A DNA stretch of 64,000 nt from assembly GCA_965240325.2 (NCBI GenBank), contig OZ251251.1, positions 434,001 through 498,000 of the forward strand, written 5' to 3'. This document shows, piece by piece, positions 31,625-52,917 of this stretch. Source of the stretch: Rebecca billardiae RCC1528. Lineage: Eukaryota > Protista > Haptophyta. Made by a program: the position numbers and the translations under genes. Below the pieces are notes generated by a model, which worked only from the letters and a program-made list of their open reading frames with translations, was not told the DNA's origin and searched no databases. Every line of letters begins with the position of its first letter. The stretch's first letter is position 1.

Positions 31625-32737
31625 GCTTGGCGGCCGTCGCGCGTCGGCGCTTTGCCCGGTGTAACAGTCGCGCAAGGACGGCCCTTGAGTCGCGTGGATT
31701 TATTCCGATTTTCAGCACGGTCGACGAGAGTCCGGTTGACTCCGGAGGCACCACGCCGGAAGGGGCGTCATTCAGCGTCATTGCCCAGCAGGACAAACTT
31801 CCGCGGTCGTCTTTTCAGATCTGATGCGCTTTTCAAAACGAAATGTTCCGCGCTCTGTCCAACGGCAAAGCGCAGCGGATGGCGGCTTCGGCGCCGCAGC
31901 CGATGGCTGGGCGTCGCCGTGCCCGCAGAAGACGTGCGTCGGAGGCAATGAAGCGGGCAGATGGCGCGTCACACGCGTCGTGGAAGTCGGCCGTGACGCT
32001 CGCCCGCCTCAGCGCCCGCGGCGAAGCCACGTCCATGGGCGCCCTGCGTGCAGGCGGCACGGCCACGCCGGCTCGGCCTGACCGGGACCGGCCGTAGGCG
32101 CCGTAGCGACTAGCGGGCGTAGGCCGCCCCGCCCCGCTCGCGGCCCGCCACGGCGACCGGCCTCGCACGCGGCCTAGCGGCGCCGAACGGGCATCCCAGC
32201 TGCGGTCATTCGACTTGCGCGCCGGGAGACGGGTGCCAGCTAGCCAACGCGCACGCGCCGCGAGCTGCAAGGCATGCGCAAACGTCGCCCGCCGCCACCG
32301 CGGCCGAGCGTGCGCCGAAAGCGGCACAGCGTGAGAGGGAGAGGGCCTGCAGAACTACTCAAGAAGGGGCCCCGATCTATTCGAAGGCGGCTCTGGTCGG
32401 GCGCCCTCCTTAAGTGCATGATTTCTGCAGCTTGGGTCGCGTTTGTCCAGCTGGCGCAACGCTCCGGTTCGATCGTCGTTCGGACGAGCCCGGGTCGAAG
32501 GAAACCCCGCCTAAAAACAAGGAAACAAAAAAATAGGCGTAGGATTCGTAGCGCACAAGCAGCTCGCGGCTGGCCTCGTGATGGCTCGTCAGCACGGCGT
32601 CGGCGTCGAAACGCCTCGCCGGGCGGCCGGCGGGGCGCACTCGGCGGCTCTATCGGCCGAGCAGACATCCCGTGCCATCCGCGCGCCCGAGCACCGTCAC
32701 CTCCACGCCGCCGGCGGGTGCCGGGTGGGGGCGCGAG

Positions 32738-35700
32738 CTAGGGCGCCACGGCCTTGAACGGCGCGCCGCCGTTGCCGGGCGCGGCGGCGGCGCCGCCGCC
32801 GCTCGCGGCCGCGCCGCCCCCGCCGAGCTGCGAGCGCGAGGGCTGCGTGCCAAACATGCGGGCGGAGGCGGCGCGCATGCTGTCCATGCGCCTGGGCGGC
32901 GAGGACGGCCGCGCCGCCGTGCCGCTCTCCTCGTCGCCGCCGCTCGGCGCCGGCGGCTTGGCGGGCTTTGCCCCAAAACCCTTCACCAACACCTTGGCCG
33001 GCCCCTTGGGCGGCGACGCCGGCGCCGACGCGGCCGCGCCCATCTTTGTGACGGCGACCGCGCTGAGGCCGCCGGCTTGCGTCGCGCCGCGCTGGCGCAC
33101 CATGTTGCGGACGAGGCGCATGCGCACGCCCGCCGAGCGCTTGCGCAGCCGCGCGCGCCGCTGCGACTCGAGCAGCGACTCGCGCAGCGCGTGCGCCAGC
33201 TCGAGCGTGGACGCGTGCATGTGCACGCCCGGCCGGAGCACGGGCGGATGCGTCTCGAAGAGCACACGCGCGAGCCCGTCCGCGCCCCACTTGGCCGGGA
33301 CGAAGGAGCGGCGGATGTGCTCCCACGGCGCGTAGAGCGGGTCGTTCGTGTCGTGCAGCAGCACGGGCAGCACCGGCAGCTTGGGCGGCAGCCCGTCGCC
33401 CACCGACGACGACGCGTCCGTGCCGTCGTCCAGCTCCTCAGAGTCCGGCTCATCGCGGATGCCGGCGACGGCGCACGCGTTGGCGAGCGTGCGCGCGAGC
33501 TGCGGCGAGCGCGGCCAGAGGATGAGGACGGGGCCGGCGGCGTGCGCCTTCTGCGCCTCCGCGCCGCCGCCGCCGGGCACGCGGCCCCTCGGCGCCTCCG
33601 CCCCCTTCCCACCCGCCTTACCCGCTTTACCCAGCTCGTACGGCGCGCACGCGCGCACAGGCTTGGTCAGCAGCGCGGCGATGTGGGCAAGCGGTTTGGG
33701 ATCGGCGTTGACGATGTGCTCCTCGTCGCGCTCCTGCGGCGCGGCGCGGCGCGTGTGGGGGCAGGAGGGGGTGCGGGCGTGTGGGCACGCGCGCGCGTGC
33801 GTGCGGCCGCGGGCGGCGGCGCCGCGCGTCGCGCCGCGCCGCCCGCCGGCCGCGCCGCCCCGGCCGCCGGCCGCGTCGGCGCGGCGCGGCCCCCCGCGCG
33901 GCGGCGCGCGGCGCGCGGCGCGGCTGCACACCTCGTAAAACTCGCAGCGCACGGCGCGCACGGCGGAGGTGAGCAGCTGCGGCACCTGCGCGGGCGGCAC
34001 GACGGTGGCCTCGTCGCGCCGCGCGGACGAGTTGCCGCCGGCGATGCTCGTGCGGCGCGCCACGCTCGGGCGGTGCGCGCCGGCGCGGCCCGGCGGCGGC
34101 GGCTGCTGCGCGCCGCCGACGCCGCCGCCGCCCTTCTCGGCGCCGCCCGGCTTGTCGGCGCCCTGCCGCCCGCCGGCGGGCGCGTGCGCCGCGTGGTGCG
34201 CGCCGCCCATCAGCAGCGCCGACAGCGTCTTCATGTCGCGCTCCTGATACGCCGCCTTGATGCGCCCGAGCCGCCGCGTGTCGGTTACCACGACGCCGTA
34301 ACCGAACGCGTCTGCGCGCAGCAGCAGCAGCGAGTTGCCGCCGGGCGGCGGCGGCACCGAGCGTCCGGGCTGCGGCACGGCGGAGCCCGGCGTGGCGAAC
34401 GTCGCGAGCACCGGGTCCTCCTCGAGCGGGAAGCTCGCGGAGAGCTCCTCGGTGAGCGGCACGAGGTGGCCGAGCTCGGGCGGTGCGTCGAGCGCCGAGC
34501 CGGCGCCGCGGCCGCGCAGCCGGTTGGCGCTGGCGCTGAGCACGCTCGCGGCGCGCGCGAGCCACGGCGCGCGGCGCCAGAGCGGCGCGAGGCGCGCGTA
34601 CCGCGTCGAGACGGCGTGCACCGGGATCGACGCCGCCGCGTCCTCGCGCAGCAGCGCGTGCTCGAGCACGGCGCGCAGCGGCGCCGCCTCGGCCTCCTCC
34701 TTATCCGCCTTGAGCCCGATCTGCAGCGTGCGCGCCTCGCCCTCGATCTCGCCGAGGTGCGGCTTGAGCCCGCCCGCGCGGCGGAGCAGCTGCGCGGCGC
34801 GCAGGTGCTCCGCGATCGCGAGCGCGGAGGCGGAGAGGTACGCGTCCTCGTCCTCCGGCCGCCCGCCCTGCGCGTGCCACGGGATCATCTCCGCGTCCGG
34901 CACCGCGTCCAGCAGCGCCGCCGCCGCCGCCGAGCCCGACTCGGCGCACTGCGCGCGCAGCTGCTCGATGGTCACGCCGCCGCGCGAGGGCTTGGCGACG
35001 TACACGACGACCACCTTCTTGTCCGGCGCGAGGTGCGCGGCCTGCAGCTGCGCGAGCGCGCCGCCGTCGGCGGTGAAGTAGCCGTCGGAGATGAGCACGA
35101 CCACCGCGCGCGCCTGGTCCATCCGCTCGCGCCACTTCTTCCCGGACTGGCCGATCACGAGGTCCGGGACGAGCGCGCTCACGCGCTCGCGCAGCTCGTT
35201 GGCGGGCTGCTGCCCCGAGTGCCACGCGTACGAGAGGAAGGCGTGGCACCCGCCGGCGACGTGCTCGTCGAGCCGCGTCGCGCGCATGCGCGTCTTGTCC
35301 AGCCGGTCGCGCAGCACGGGCAACTGCCGCTCCTGGTACGCGCGCCACGGCAGCAGCAGCACGGCGGTGAGCAGCACGAGCACAAAGATACCGGTCAGGT
35401 ACGCGCCCAGAATGGACTCGTAGAGGGAGAGCCGCAGCCCGCCCTCGAACAGCGCCTTGGCCGACCACGCGTCGAAGCCGGCGCGGAGCGAGAGGTTGTC
35501 CGCGCCCTCCGAGCCTGCGGTCAGGTGCACCGCAAGCGCGCCCACCAGCATCAGCTCCATGGCGAGCTGCGCCACCAGGACGAGGTCGTTGTCGAGCGCG
35601 GACTGCAGCGGCCGGATGCGCGCGAGCACCGCGACGAAGACGGACTGCACGAAGATCGCCGCGAGCAGCTGCGCGACGGACGCGTACGACGACGCGTCCG

Positions 35701-38700
35701 CGCCGCCGCCCGAGTTGGGCGCGGCGCCGAGCACCGCCACGCGCACCAAGATCACGCCGCCGACCAGCACGAGCTTGCGCAATGTCTCCACCGCCTCCCA
35801 CCAGACGGTGTGCGGCGCGAGCCCGACGCGGATGAAGGAGAGCGGCGACTGCCCCGCCACCCACTCCGAGTCGTCCTTGCGCAGCACGCGGTAGAAGGCG
35901 TAAGGCAGCGCGACCGAGTAGACAAACATCGCGATGTACGCAAACGGCAGGTACGCCTCGTGCTCCGGAGAGTCGAAGTCGACGGAGTAGTCGGACTTGA
36001 GCACGCGCTTCGGACGGCTCGCCTCGACGTCGACCGACTCGGTGTTCACCGCCGAGAAGAGCGACGCGGTCGCGGAGGGCAGGATGAGGTACGCGCTCAT
36101 CAGGAACGGGCGGAGCACCGAGCCCACAAAGTCGCGCCGCTTGTCGAACAGCTTGGAGTGGTGCCGCGCGCGGTGGTAGAGCTCAAAGAGGAGCCACACG
36201 CCGCCGAAGACGGAGAGCACGCCGAGGGGCGCGAGCGCGATCCCGACCATTCCGGTGTGGTACCCCACGCCGATGCAGTTGAACCCGTTGAGGTACAGGT
36301 TGTCGAACGCGAGCCAGCGGAAGCCGCCGAGCGTCTCGCGGAACGCGACCGGCAGCGTGACGCCGTACACGCGCTCGAGCAGCAGCGTGAGCTGCACGAA
36401 CGCGAGCGTGGTGCGCGCCGCCACCTTGAACGAGACGACGACCGCGGGCGTGACCGCGCCCGCCAGCGCCACCTTGAGCTGCGTGAGCAGCTTGCGCGAC
36501 GGCTTGGGCTTCACGCCCGGCTTGTGCCCCTTCAGCCAGCGCGCCAGCGCCGCCGCCTTCTCGTCCATACGCCCGTGGAAGCTCGCGATCACCAGGACGA
36601 CGCACACGAGGGAGAAGCCGATCATCAGCCCGAAGACGAGCTCGGCGCTCCGTGTCGCCGCGGGGCAGACGGCGCACCGGTCGTCGGTGCCCATGAAGAA
36701 GCTGCGCGCGCGGGGGGGGCGAGAGGGGGCGAGAGGGGGTCAGGCGGGGCGCGCGGCGCGGCGCGACACCGGCCGCCGCCGCCCAGCCGCGCGCGCCGCG
36801 CCGCGCGCAAAGGGACGGCGCGGCGCGGCCGCCGGCTGGGCGGCGGCCACGCTGAGAGACGCGCGCGGCGCGCGCACCCTGGGTCACACACTTCGCAGTA
36901 CGGCCCGCCGTGGTGCTCGGCGCAGAGCTCGCCGCTCTTCGCGCCCTTCGAGCCCGGGCACGCGCGCTCGCCGCGGCCGCACTCGCGCAGGTCTGCCGTG
37001 TCCTTGGAGTTGCGCCAGAAGCCGGGCTTCACCTCGAGCGTGGCGAGCGTCGAGCCGACTCTCGCGCACGAGACGGAGGAGTTGCACGCGAAGCAGATTC
37101 GGTTCGACTCGTTGTACTTGCGCTCGTAGTACCCCTGCTGGCACACGCAGCCCGCCTCGGCGTCCGTCCCCTCAAACTCGGTCGTCATGAACGGGTCCAC
37201 GTCCGTGCACTGCTGGCACACGTCGTTGTCGTCCGCGTCGTCCGCCGTGCGGAACGTGCCGATCGGGCAGGGCTCGCTGCGCGCGCAGGGCCGCCGGGCG
37301 CCGGGCGGGGCGGCGCGCGGCGCGCGGCGCAGAGCGTGAGGGCGAGCGCGCCTACCCGGAGACGCGCGGCGCGGCCGTTACGCGCGGCGGTTACGCACCA
37401 CGGCGTGTTGCCCGTGCGGCCGAGGCCGGCGGGGCACGAGCCTCGGTACGTGAAGAGGCCGCCGGCGAAGGCGTCCTGCGCGCCCGTCTGGTTCTTGACG
37501 ATCCGGATGGACGGCACGTCGGCGAAGTCGGCGGTGGGCTTGGGCGGCGCGACGCACCACGCGAACTGCGGCGAGATGATGCCGGGCTCGGAGCACGCCG
37601 TCTGCGCGCCCGTCGCGTCGTCCACCAAGAAGATGGCGATCTGGTCGCACGGCACGTCGCACGCGTCGCCAAAGTTGGCGCCCTGCAGGAAGAGCGGGCC
37701 CGGGTCGTTCGGGTTGAACTCCTGCGCGTTGAGGATGAGGTTGACGACGGCGGAGGGCGGCGGCGGCGAGGGCGGCGGCGGCGAGGGCGGCGGCGAGGGC
37801 GGCGGCGAGGGCGGCGGCAGTGGCGGCGGCGGCGAGGGCGGCGGCGAGGGCGGCGGCGAGGGCGGCGGGCTCGGCGGCGGCGAGGGCGGCGGCGGGCTGG
37901 GCGGCGGGCTCGGCGGCGGCGACGGCGGCGGCGGGCTGGGCGGCGGGCTGGGCGGCGGCGACGGCGGCGGCGACGGCGGCGGCGTAGGCGGCGGCGGCGG
38001 GCTGGGCGGCGGGCTGGGCGGCGGGCTGGGCGGCGGGCTCGGCGGCGGTGACGGCGGCGGGCTCGGCGGCGGCGAGGGCGGCGGCGGGCTGGGCGGCGGG
38101 CTGGGCGGCGGGCTGGGCGGCGGCGAGGGCGGCGGGCTGGGCGGCGGCGAGGGCGGCGGGCTGGGCGGCGGGCTGGGCGGCGGCGAGGGCGGCGGCGGGC
38201 TCGGCGGCGGGCTCGGCGGCGGCGAGGGAGGCGGGCTCGGCGGCGGCGACGGCGGGCTGGGCGGCGGGAAGGGCAGGCCGCGCGGCGGCGGCGGCGGCAG
38301 CGGCGGCGGGCTGGGCGGCGGGCTGGGCGGCGGGCTGGGCGGCGGGCTGGGCGGCGGCGGCGGCGGGCTCGGCGGCGGGCTCGGCGGCACGTTGAGCAGC
38401 GCCACCTTCTGCACCGTCGCGCCCACCGCCTGCTGCAGCGCCGCGCTGTCCGTCTGCGCCACCGTCGCCACCACGTTGACGGGATTGGGCTCGTCCGCCG
38501 GCTGGAAGATCTCCACGTCCACAACGGTCGAGCCGCCGAAGACGGCGATGATCCGGATGCGCCGCTCGTCGAAGTCGCAGCCGCACTCGGCAGAGAGCTG
38601 CGCGTCGATGAAGGCGACCAGCGCCGCCTCCTGCGTCGCGTTCCACGTCGCCACGTCCACGTTGAACTCGTACGAGACGATCGTCACCTCGCCCGGAGGC

Positions 38701-40767
38701 GGCGGCGAGGGCGGCGGGTGCGGCGGCGGGCTGGGCGGCGGGCTGGGCGGCGGGGAGGGCGGCGGCGAGGGCGGCGGCGAGGGCGGCGGGCTCGGCGGCG
38801 GCGAGGGAGGCGGCGGGCTCGGCGGCGGGCTCGGCGGCGGGCTGGGCGGCGGCAGCGGCGGTGGTGGCGGCGGCGACGACGGCGGAGGGCTCGGCGGCGG
38901 CCGCGGCGGCAGCTGCGGCAGCGGCGACGGCGGAGGGCTCGGCGGCGGCAGCGGCGGCAGCTGCGGCAGCGGCGACGGCGGAGGGCTCGGCGGCGGCAGC
39001 GGCGGCAGCTGCGGCAGCGGCGACGGCGGAGGGCTCGGCGGCGGCAGCGGCGGCAGCTGCGGCAGCGGCGACGGCGGAGGGCTCGGCGGCGGGCGCGGCG
39101 GCTGCGCCGGGAACGGCGAGGGCGGAGGGCTCGGCGGCGGGAGCGGCGGTGGTGGCGGCGGGGGCGAGGGCGGCGGGAGCGGGCGCGGTGAAGGCGGGGG
39201 CGAGGGCGGCGGGAGCGGGCGCGGCGAAGGCGGGGCCGCGAAGACAGGGGGCGCAGTGGCGGCGGGAGGGCTTGGCGGGATGCCGCCACCGGTGGCGGGC
39301 GGCACCTGCGCGGCGGCCGGCTCCGGTGGGCTCGGTGGAGTGCCGGCGGCGGGCGGCGCCTGCGCGGCGGCCGGCGGGCTCGGCGGCAGGTTGGCGGTGG
39401 CGGCGGGCGGCGGGCTCGGCGGGTCGTCGGCGGCGGCGGGCGGCGCCTGCGCCACGGGCGGTATCGGCGGGCTCGGCGGGTCGGTGGCGGCGGCGGGCGG
39501 CGCCTGCGCCACGGGCGGTATCGGCGGGCTCGGCGGGTCGGTGGCGGCGGCGGGCGGCGCCTGCGCCACGGGCGGTATCGGCGGGCTCGGCGGGTCGGTG
39601 GCGGCGGCGGGCGGCGCCTGCGCCACGGGCGGTATCGGCGGGCTCGGCGGGTCGGTGGCGGCGGCGGGCGGCGCCTGCGCGGCAGGCGGCTCCGGTGGGC
39701 TCGGCGGGGTGCCGGCGGCGGGCGGCGCCTGCGCGGCAGGCGGCACCGGTGGGCTCGGCGGGGTGCCGGCGGCGGGCGGCGCCTGCGCGATGGGCGGCTC
39801 CGGTGGGCTCGGCGGAGTGCCGGCGGCGGTGGGGGCCGGGCTCTGCACGCCAGGAGGCGCTGCCAACGCGCCGAGGCCCGGCGGCGGCGGCGAGGGCTGG
39901 CACGCCGCGCCCAAGGCGCTCGCGACGAGCTGCACGCGCTGCCCGATCGTCACGCCCGCGAACGTCACGCCGAGCCGGTACGACGGCACAGTCCGGTCGA
40001 TCGCAACGGACTGGAGGGTGGAGAGGTCCGGGCGGCTGAGAAGTGAGAGGACGGCGCCGTCCAGGTCGAGCGCGAGCGCGAGGGGCGCGGCGTCGGAGGA
40101 CCACGGCGCGCCGGTGCTCACGCGCGTCGTGCCCTGCCACGTGTCGCTACGCTCGCGGGGCGCCGTGTCCGCGCGCGCGCGCGCGCGAGCACGAGCCGAT
40201 GAGGCGCGCGGCGCGGCGCGGCGCCGCACGGCCCGGCTCGGGCGGCGCACGCGCGGCAGCGCACGCGCGCGCGCGCGCGCCGCACCCGTTGTTGCACAGC
40301 ATCACGGTGCTGTCGGAGGGCACGACGTCGAAGATGTACGCGAGCAGATCCGGGTCCTCCTTCGGCGTCACGCCGATGCACATCGAGCCCGTCTCCACGC
40401 TGCCCGTGGCGGGCGCGGTGACGGCGGTCGACTGCTGGCCGGCGGGGTTGGTCGTGTCGAGGTACCAGACGTGCGTGCCCTCGAGCGAGTCGACGGACGG
40501 GCCGTAGGCCGAGCCGATCGACGCCCCGCCCGCGAGCGCGTACGGGCCGTCCACGCTCAGCGTCTTCGCCACGCTCCACGAGCTGAGCGGCGTGCAGTGC
40601 ACGAGCTCGGCGGCTCGCGCGCCCGGCAGCACGGCGGCGGTCGCGGCGAGGGCGAGCAGGAGGAGCTGGCGCGTGCGCGGCGGCAGGACGGTGGGCGCCG
40701 TGCGCCCCCGGCCGCAGGGCGAGCGCGACGCTCGCGCGAGCCCGGGCTCGGGCTCCACGCGTGCCAT
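32738..40767 (-). CDS. Giant surface receptor: signal / Pro-rich / SEA-like / IPT-like / Cys-rich / multi-TM / TIR-like; 5 exons (40767-40286, 40146-37399, 37276-36878, 36701-33932, 33733-32738), about 2464 aa
   Basis: Four GT-AG introns give a continuous 7395-nt frame. Motifs: signal LLLLALAATAAVLPGARA, SPPP repeats, GGSTVVDV, LQGANFG...FTY, CEPCPIGTF...CVCQQGYY, PGFWR...C...GPYCEVC, at least 7 hydrophobic helices with WWEAVETLRKL, and TIR-like HAFLSYAW...VVVLISDGYF. Confidence 0.85.
37752..39830 (-). repeat. Coding extensin-like (SPPP)n arrays plus 48-bp and 57-bp minisatellites
   Basis: PPSPPP arrays at about 37752-38387 and 38690-39240. About 4 copies of a 48-bp unit (PPSPPPSPLPQLPPLP) and about 4 copies of a 57-bp unit (PPSPPIPPVAQAPPAAATD). 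Confidence 0.9.
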
Positions 40768-41252
40768 TTGAGCGCGGCGCGATGCGGCGACCGCCGGCCC
40801 GGGCGGTGGACTTTCGGAGCGAACGTGGCGAGGCGCGCCGCGCAAGAGAGCTCGGAAATGGGCTCTCCGAGGTGCGCGCGCTGGCAGTGGCGGCGCCCCG
40901 ACGACCGAGGCATAACAGCATTCGTCAAATGTGGGTGCGCTTCGTGAAAGGACGGCCGTAAAAACTAAAACGTCGTCAGAATTGCATGGCAAGCGCCGAA
41001 GCCTCGTGCTAGGTGAATTGCGAGCAGCGCGGGTGCCACGCTCCCAGCCGGATAGGCGGTCGGCGGGCTGTCGTATGAGCGGGTAACGCGTTTTGGAAGG
41101 GATTGATATCAGCCAACTTCGTCGATTGGCTTCGGCCGCCAGCCTGATCACCCGGAGCCCGTTATAAAGGGGAATTTAAAAGATCACTGCTCATTATCGT
41201 AGTGGTACATAAATCAGTACCCGCCATCAGCCAGCGTCGGCAGCATGCCGAC

Positions 41253-42774
41253 TCAGACGTCGCCGCCCCCGCTCGGCGCGGCCCCGTCGAGGAAGCGGCG
41301 CACCTCGACGAGCGAGCGCAGCCGCTGCACCGCGCCCTGCTCGCGCCCGTCGGGCGCGTAGAAGTAATACTTGTCCACGCGCGCCACCTTCTGCCTGGGA
41401 GCGGCGGCGCACCCGCCACCGGCCGCGGGCGGCGCACCCGCCGGCCCGCTGCCGCCGCCAGCCCCGCCGCTCCATCCGCCGCCGGCTGCGTGCTGCGCTG
41501 TCCGGTCGCAGCGCACCCTGTGGATGTACCAGCCCGCGGGGAGCTCCCCCCGGGGCGCAGGCTCCGCGTCTGCGGGCACGCATATGCGGTGCGTGCCTTG
41601 GCGGCGCCCCCCGCGCGCGCCGCCGCCGCCGGCCGCCGACGCCGACGCCGCCGCTGCTGGCAGCGGGCTGCGCCGGCGCTTGGCGCCGCCGCCGTCCGCA
41701 CCGGCGCGCGGCGCGGCGGCGGCGGCGGCTGCGGCGGCGGCGTGGTGCGGCGGCGGCACGTTGAGCAGCACGTCGGTGCCGCAGTGCGGGCAGCTCGTGA
41801 CCAGATGGGGCCCGAGCGCCCCCCACGACAGCCGGAGCGACAGCTGGCCCGCTGCGAGCGCGCCGGCGCGCCATGCAGATTCGATCGAGATCGAGATCGA
41901 GATCGAGATCGAGGCGTCCGAAGCCGCCGGGCGCCGCCACCGGCCGAGGTTGCAAGCGCGTGGGCAGGGAGGGCGCGCACGGGGCGCGCGCGCCTGAGCT
42001 GGCGGGCCTCGCGCGAGCGCGCGCGCGCTCTTCGCCCGCTCGCGTGCGCGCGCGCGCGCGCGCACCGCCGCCCGGGCAGCTTGCCACGCCGCAGCGGAAG
42101 CGCAGCTCACACTCAGCGGGCGGCGCAGCGGGCGAGGCGGCCGGCGGCAGCGGCACCGGCGCCGCGCTCGCGAGCTGCACGCCCTCGCGCCAGGCGGCGC
42201 GCCAGCGCGCGTCTGCCGGCTCGCCCGCGCCGCCCGCCTCCGCCGCGCCGCCTCCGCCCGCCGGCGCGCCGCCCGCCGCCGTCAGCTGCTCATGCGCCGC
42301 GCGGACGGCAGCGAACGCGTCGGCGGCGAGAGGGTGGTCGCACTTGTCCGGGTGGAGCTGGATACAGAGCGTCCGGTAGGCGCGGCGGATGGCGTCGGCG
42401 CCGGCGCGCGGCGGCAGCCCGAGCACGCTCAGCGCGCCGCGCGCGCCGTCGCGCGCGCGCAGCACGCGGACAATCTCCGCAGCCGCGCCGCCGCCGCCGC
42501 CGCCGCCGCGCTCGCCGCCGGCGCGCGGCGCGGGTGGCGGTGGCGGTGGGGGCGGTGGCGTTTGCGGTGGCACGGCGTCCGCCGCGTGCGACGACCGCGG
42601 CTCCGCCCCGCCGCGCGCCTCCTCCCGCGTCGCCGCCGCCGCCGCCGCCTCCTCGTCCTCGGCGCGAACGCCCGCTTCCCGCAGCGCAGCGACCATCTCC
42701 GCTTTCTCCGTCCAGCCGGCGTCGGGCAGGCCGTGCGCGCGGAGGAGCGCGCGCAGGCGCGAGACGGAGACCAT
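41253..42774 (-). CDS. J-domain (DnaJ) + C4 Zn-ribbon + methyl-CpG-binding-domain-like protein; 2 exons (42774-42066, 41851-41253), about 435 aa
   Basis: J-domain VLGL...IRRAYRTLCIQLHPDKC. CGVASC and CPHC are joined by splicing. MBD-like ELPAGWYIHRVR...DKYYFYAPDG...RLRSLVEVRRFL. The phase-1 GT-AG intron contains (GATCGA)5. Confidence 0.8.
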
Positions 42775-43470
42775 CGCGGGCGCGCGCGCGGCAGGTGTGC
42801 GCGCGGGTGCGCGCGCGGGCACGGCCGCGAGCGTGCCGAGCGCGCGCGGCCGGCCGCGACGGCCGCCGCGACCGTACTGCTTTGGCGGGCGTCGGACGAG
42901 AAGAGCCAAAGTGAAAGTCCTGCGCGAGACAGTCCGGCGCGCACGCCCAGGACTCCCCGCTTCGAATTCCGAGCACCTGCACGCCGGCCGCGCGGTGTAG
43001 AACGCCCATCTGGCGGCACGACCCGATTGGTCGGCTTGGAGTGGCGTTCGTATTCATCACTGCCGGCAGTTGTAGTGCTACGCCCGGTAATGAATATGCC
43101 AATACCCACCCGTACCCGCGCGCCCTTGTAGCCCCGTTCCCGTCATCTGCGCCAGCCCCCCCCCCCCCGCCGCGCGCAAAAGCAAGCCGGTCTCGTGGCT
43201 GGGCGTTTGGGCCGGGCGCTGAATTTGCCGCGCACCGGGCGAGCGCTTCGTGCCGTGCGCGCGCGCAGCCGCCGAGGAGCTGAGCGTCGACCGCTGCGCG
43301 GCGGCTTTTGCGAGGCGCAAAAGGGACGAGTGGCGCCGCTGTCTGTGGCGCGCGTGCGCACGAGTAGCGCGCACGGCACCGGGTCTCCCGAGGGCCCGCG
43401 CACGTCCGTCCGAGGCCGCGCGTGCTGGCCCCGGCGCACGCCGCTCGCTCGCCCCCCGCCACTCCGTCCG

Positions 43471-52357
<8,887 letters not shown>

Positions 52358-52917
52358 GGCGCCGCGGCGCTCCGCCGAGAGGCGCCGCTCGCCGGGGCGG
52401 GCAGCGCAGGGCGGCCGCGGACTGCGGCCGCGCGCCGCCACTCCCATGCTTTCACCCATGACTCGATGCTGGGCCACCACTGACCATGAGCTTCCGCGCG
52501 CGGCGCGGCCGCCATCGGCCCACCGTGCCGGCGGCGTTGCCCGCCACCGTCGGGCCACGCCTGTCGCCGCTGCTGCCGGGGTAGTGACTCGCCGCTCGGT
52601 GAGCGGCCTGGTAACCGACTACCCGCCGGACACTTCAGCCAGATATGCGATATATACGACGTATACTATATACGTCATATCGTAGTACATCATCGTCCGC
52701 CGGATCATCGCGATTCGCGGCGCCGACGATAGCCGCCAGCCTCGTCAGGGCCATGCAGCCTCGTCCGTGACCCGCGCGGCCCGGTCGCCCGCTCCGCGGA
52801 CTCAGAGTCAGACTCAGTCACTACTGCTCGTCGTCAGCAGGTCGCGCTCGGCGCAGCAGATCGACTCAGCTGACCCCGGCTGCGTGATGTGCGTGTCGGC
52901 ACCTTGCATCGTCAGCA

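Noticed and set aside
38881-39680. CRISPR-like periodic repeats
   Set aside because: These are contiguous coding minisatellites with no unique spacers, and there are no cas genes.
36910-40947. 1345-aa Gly-rich plus-strand ORF
   Set aside because: It is the antisense mirror of the Pro-rich exon of the TIR receptor.
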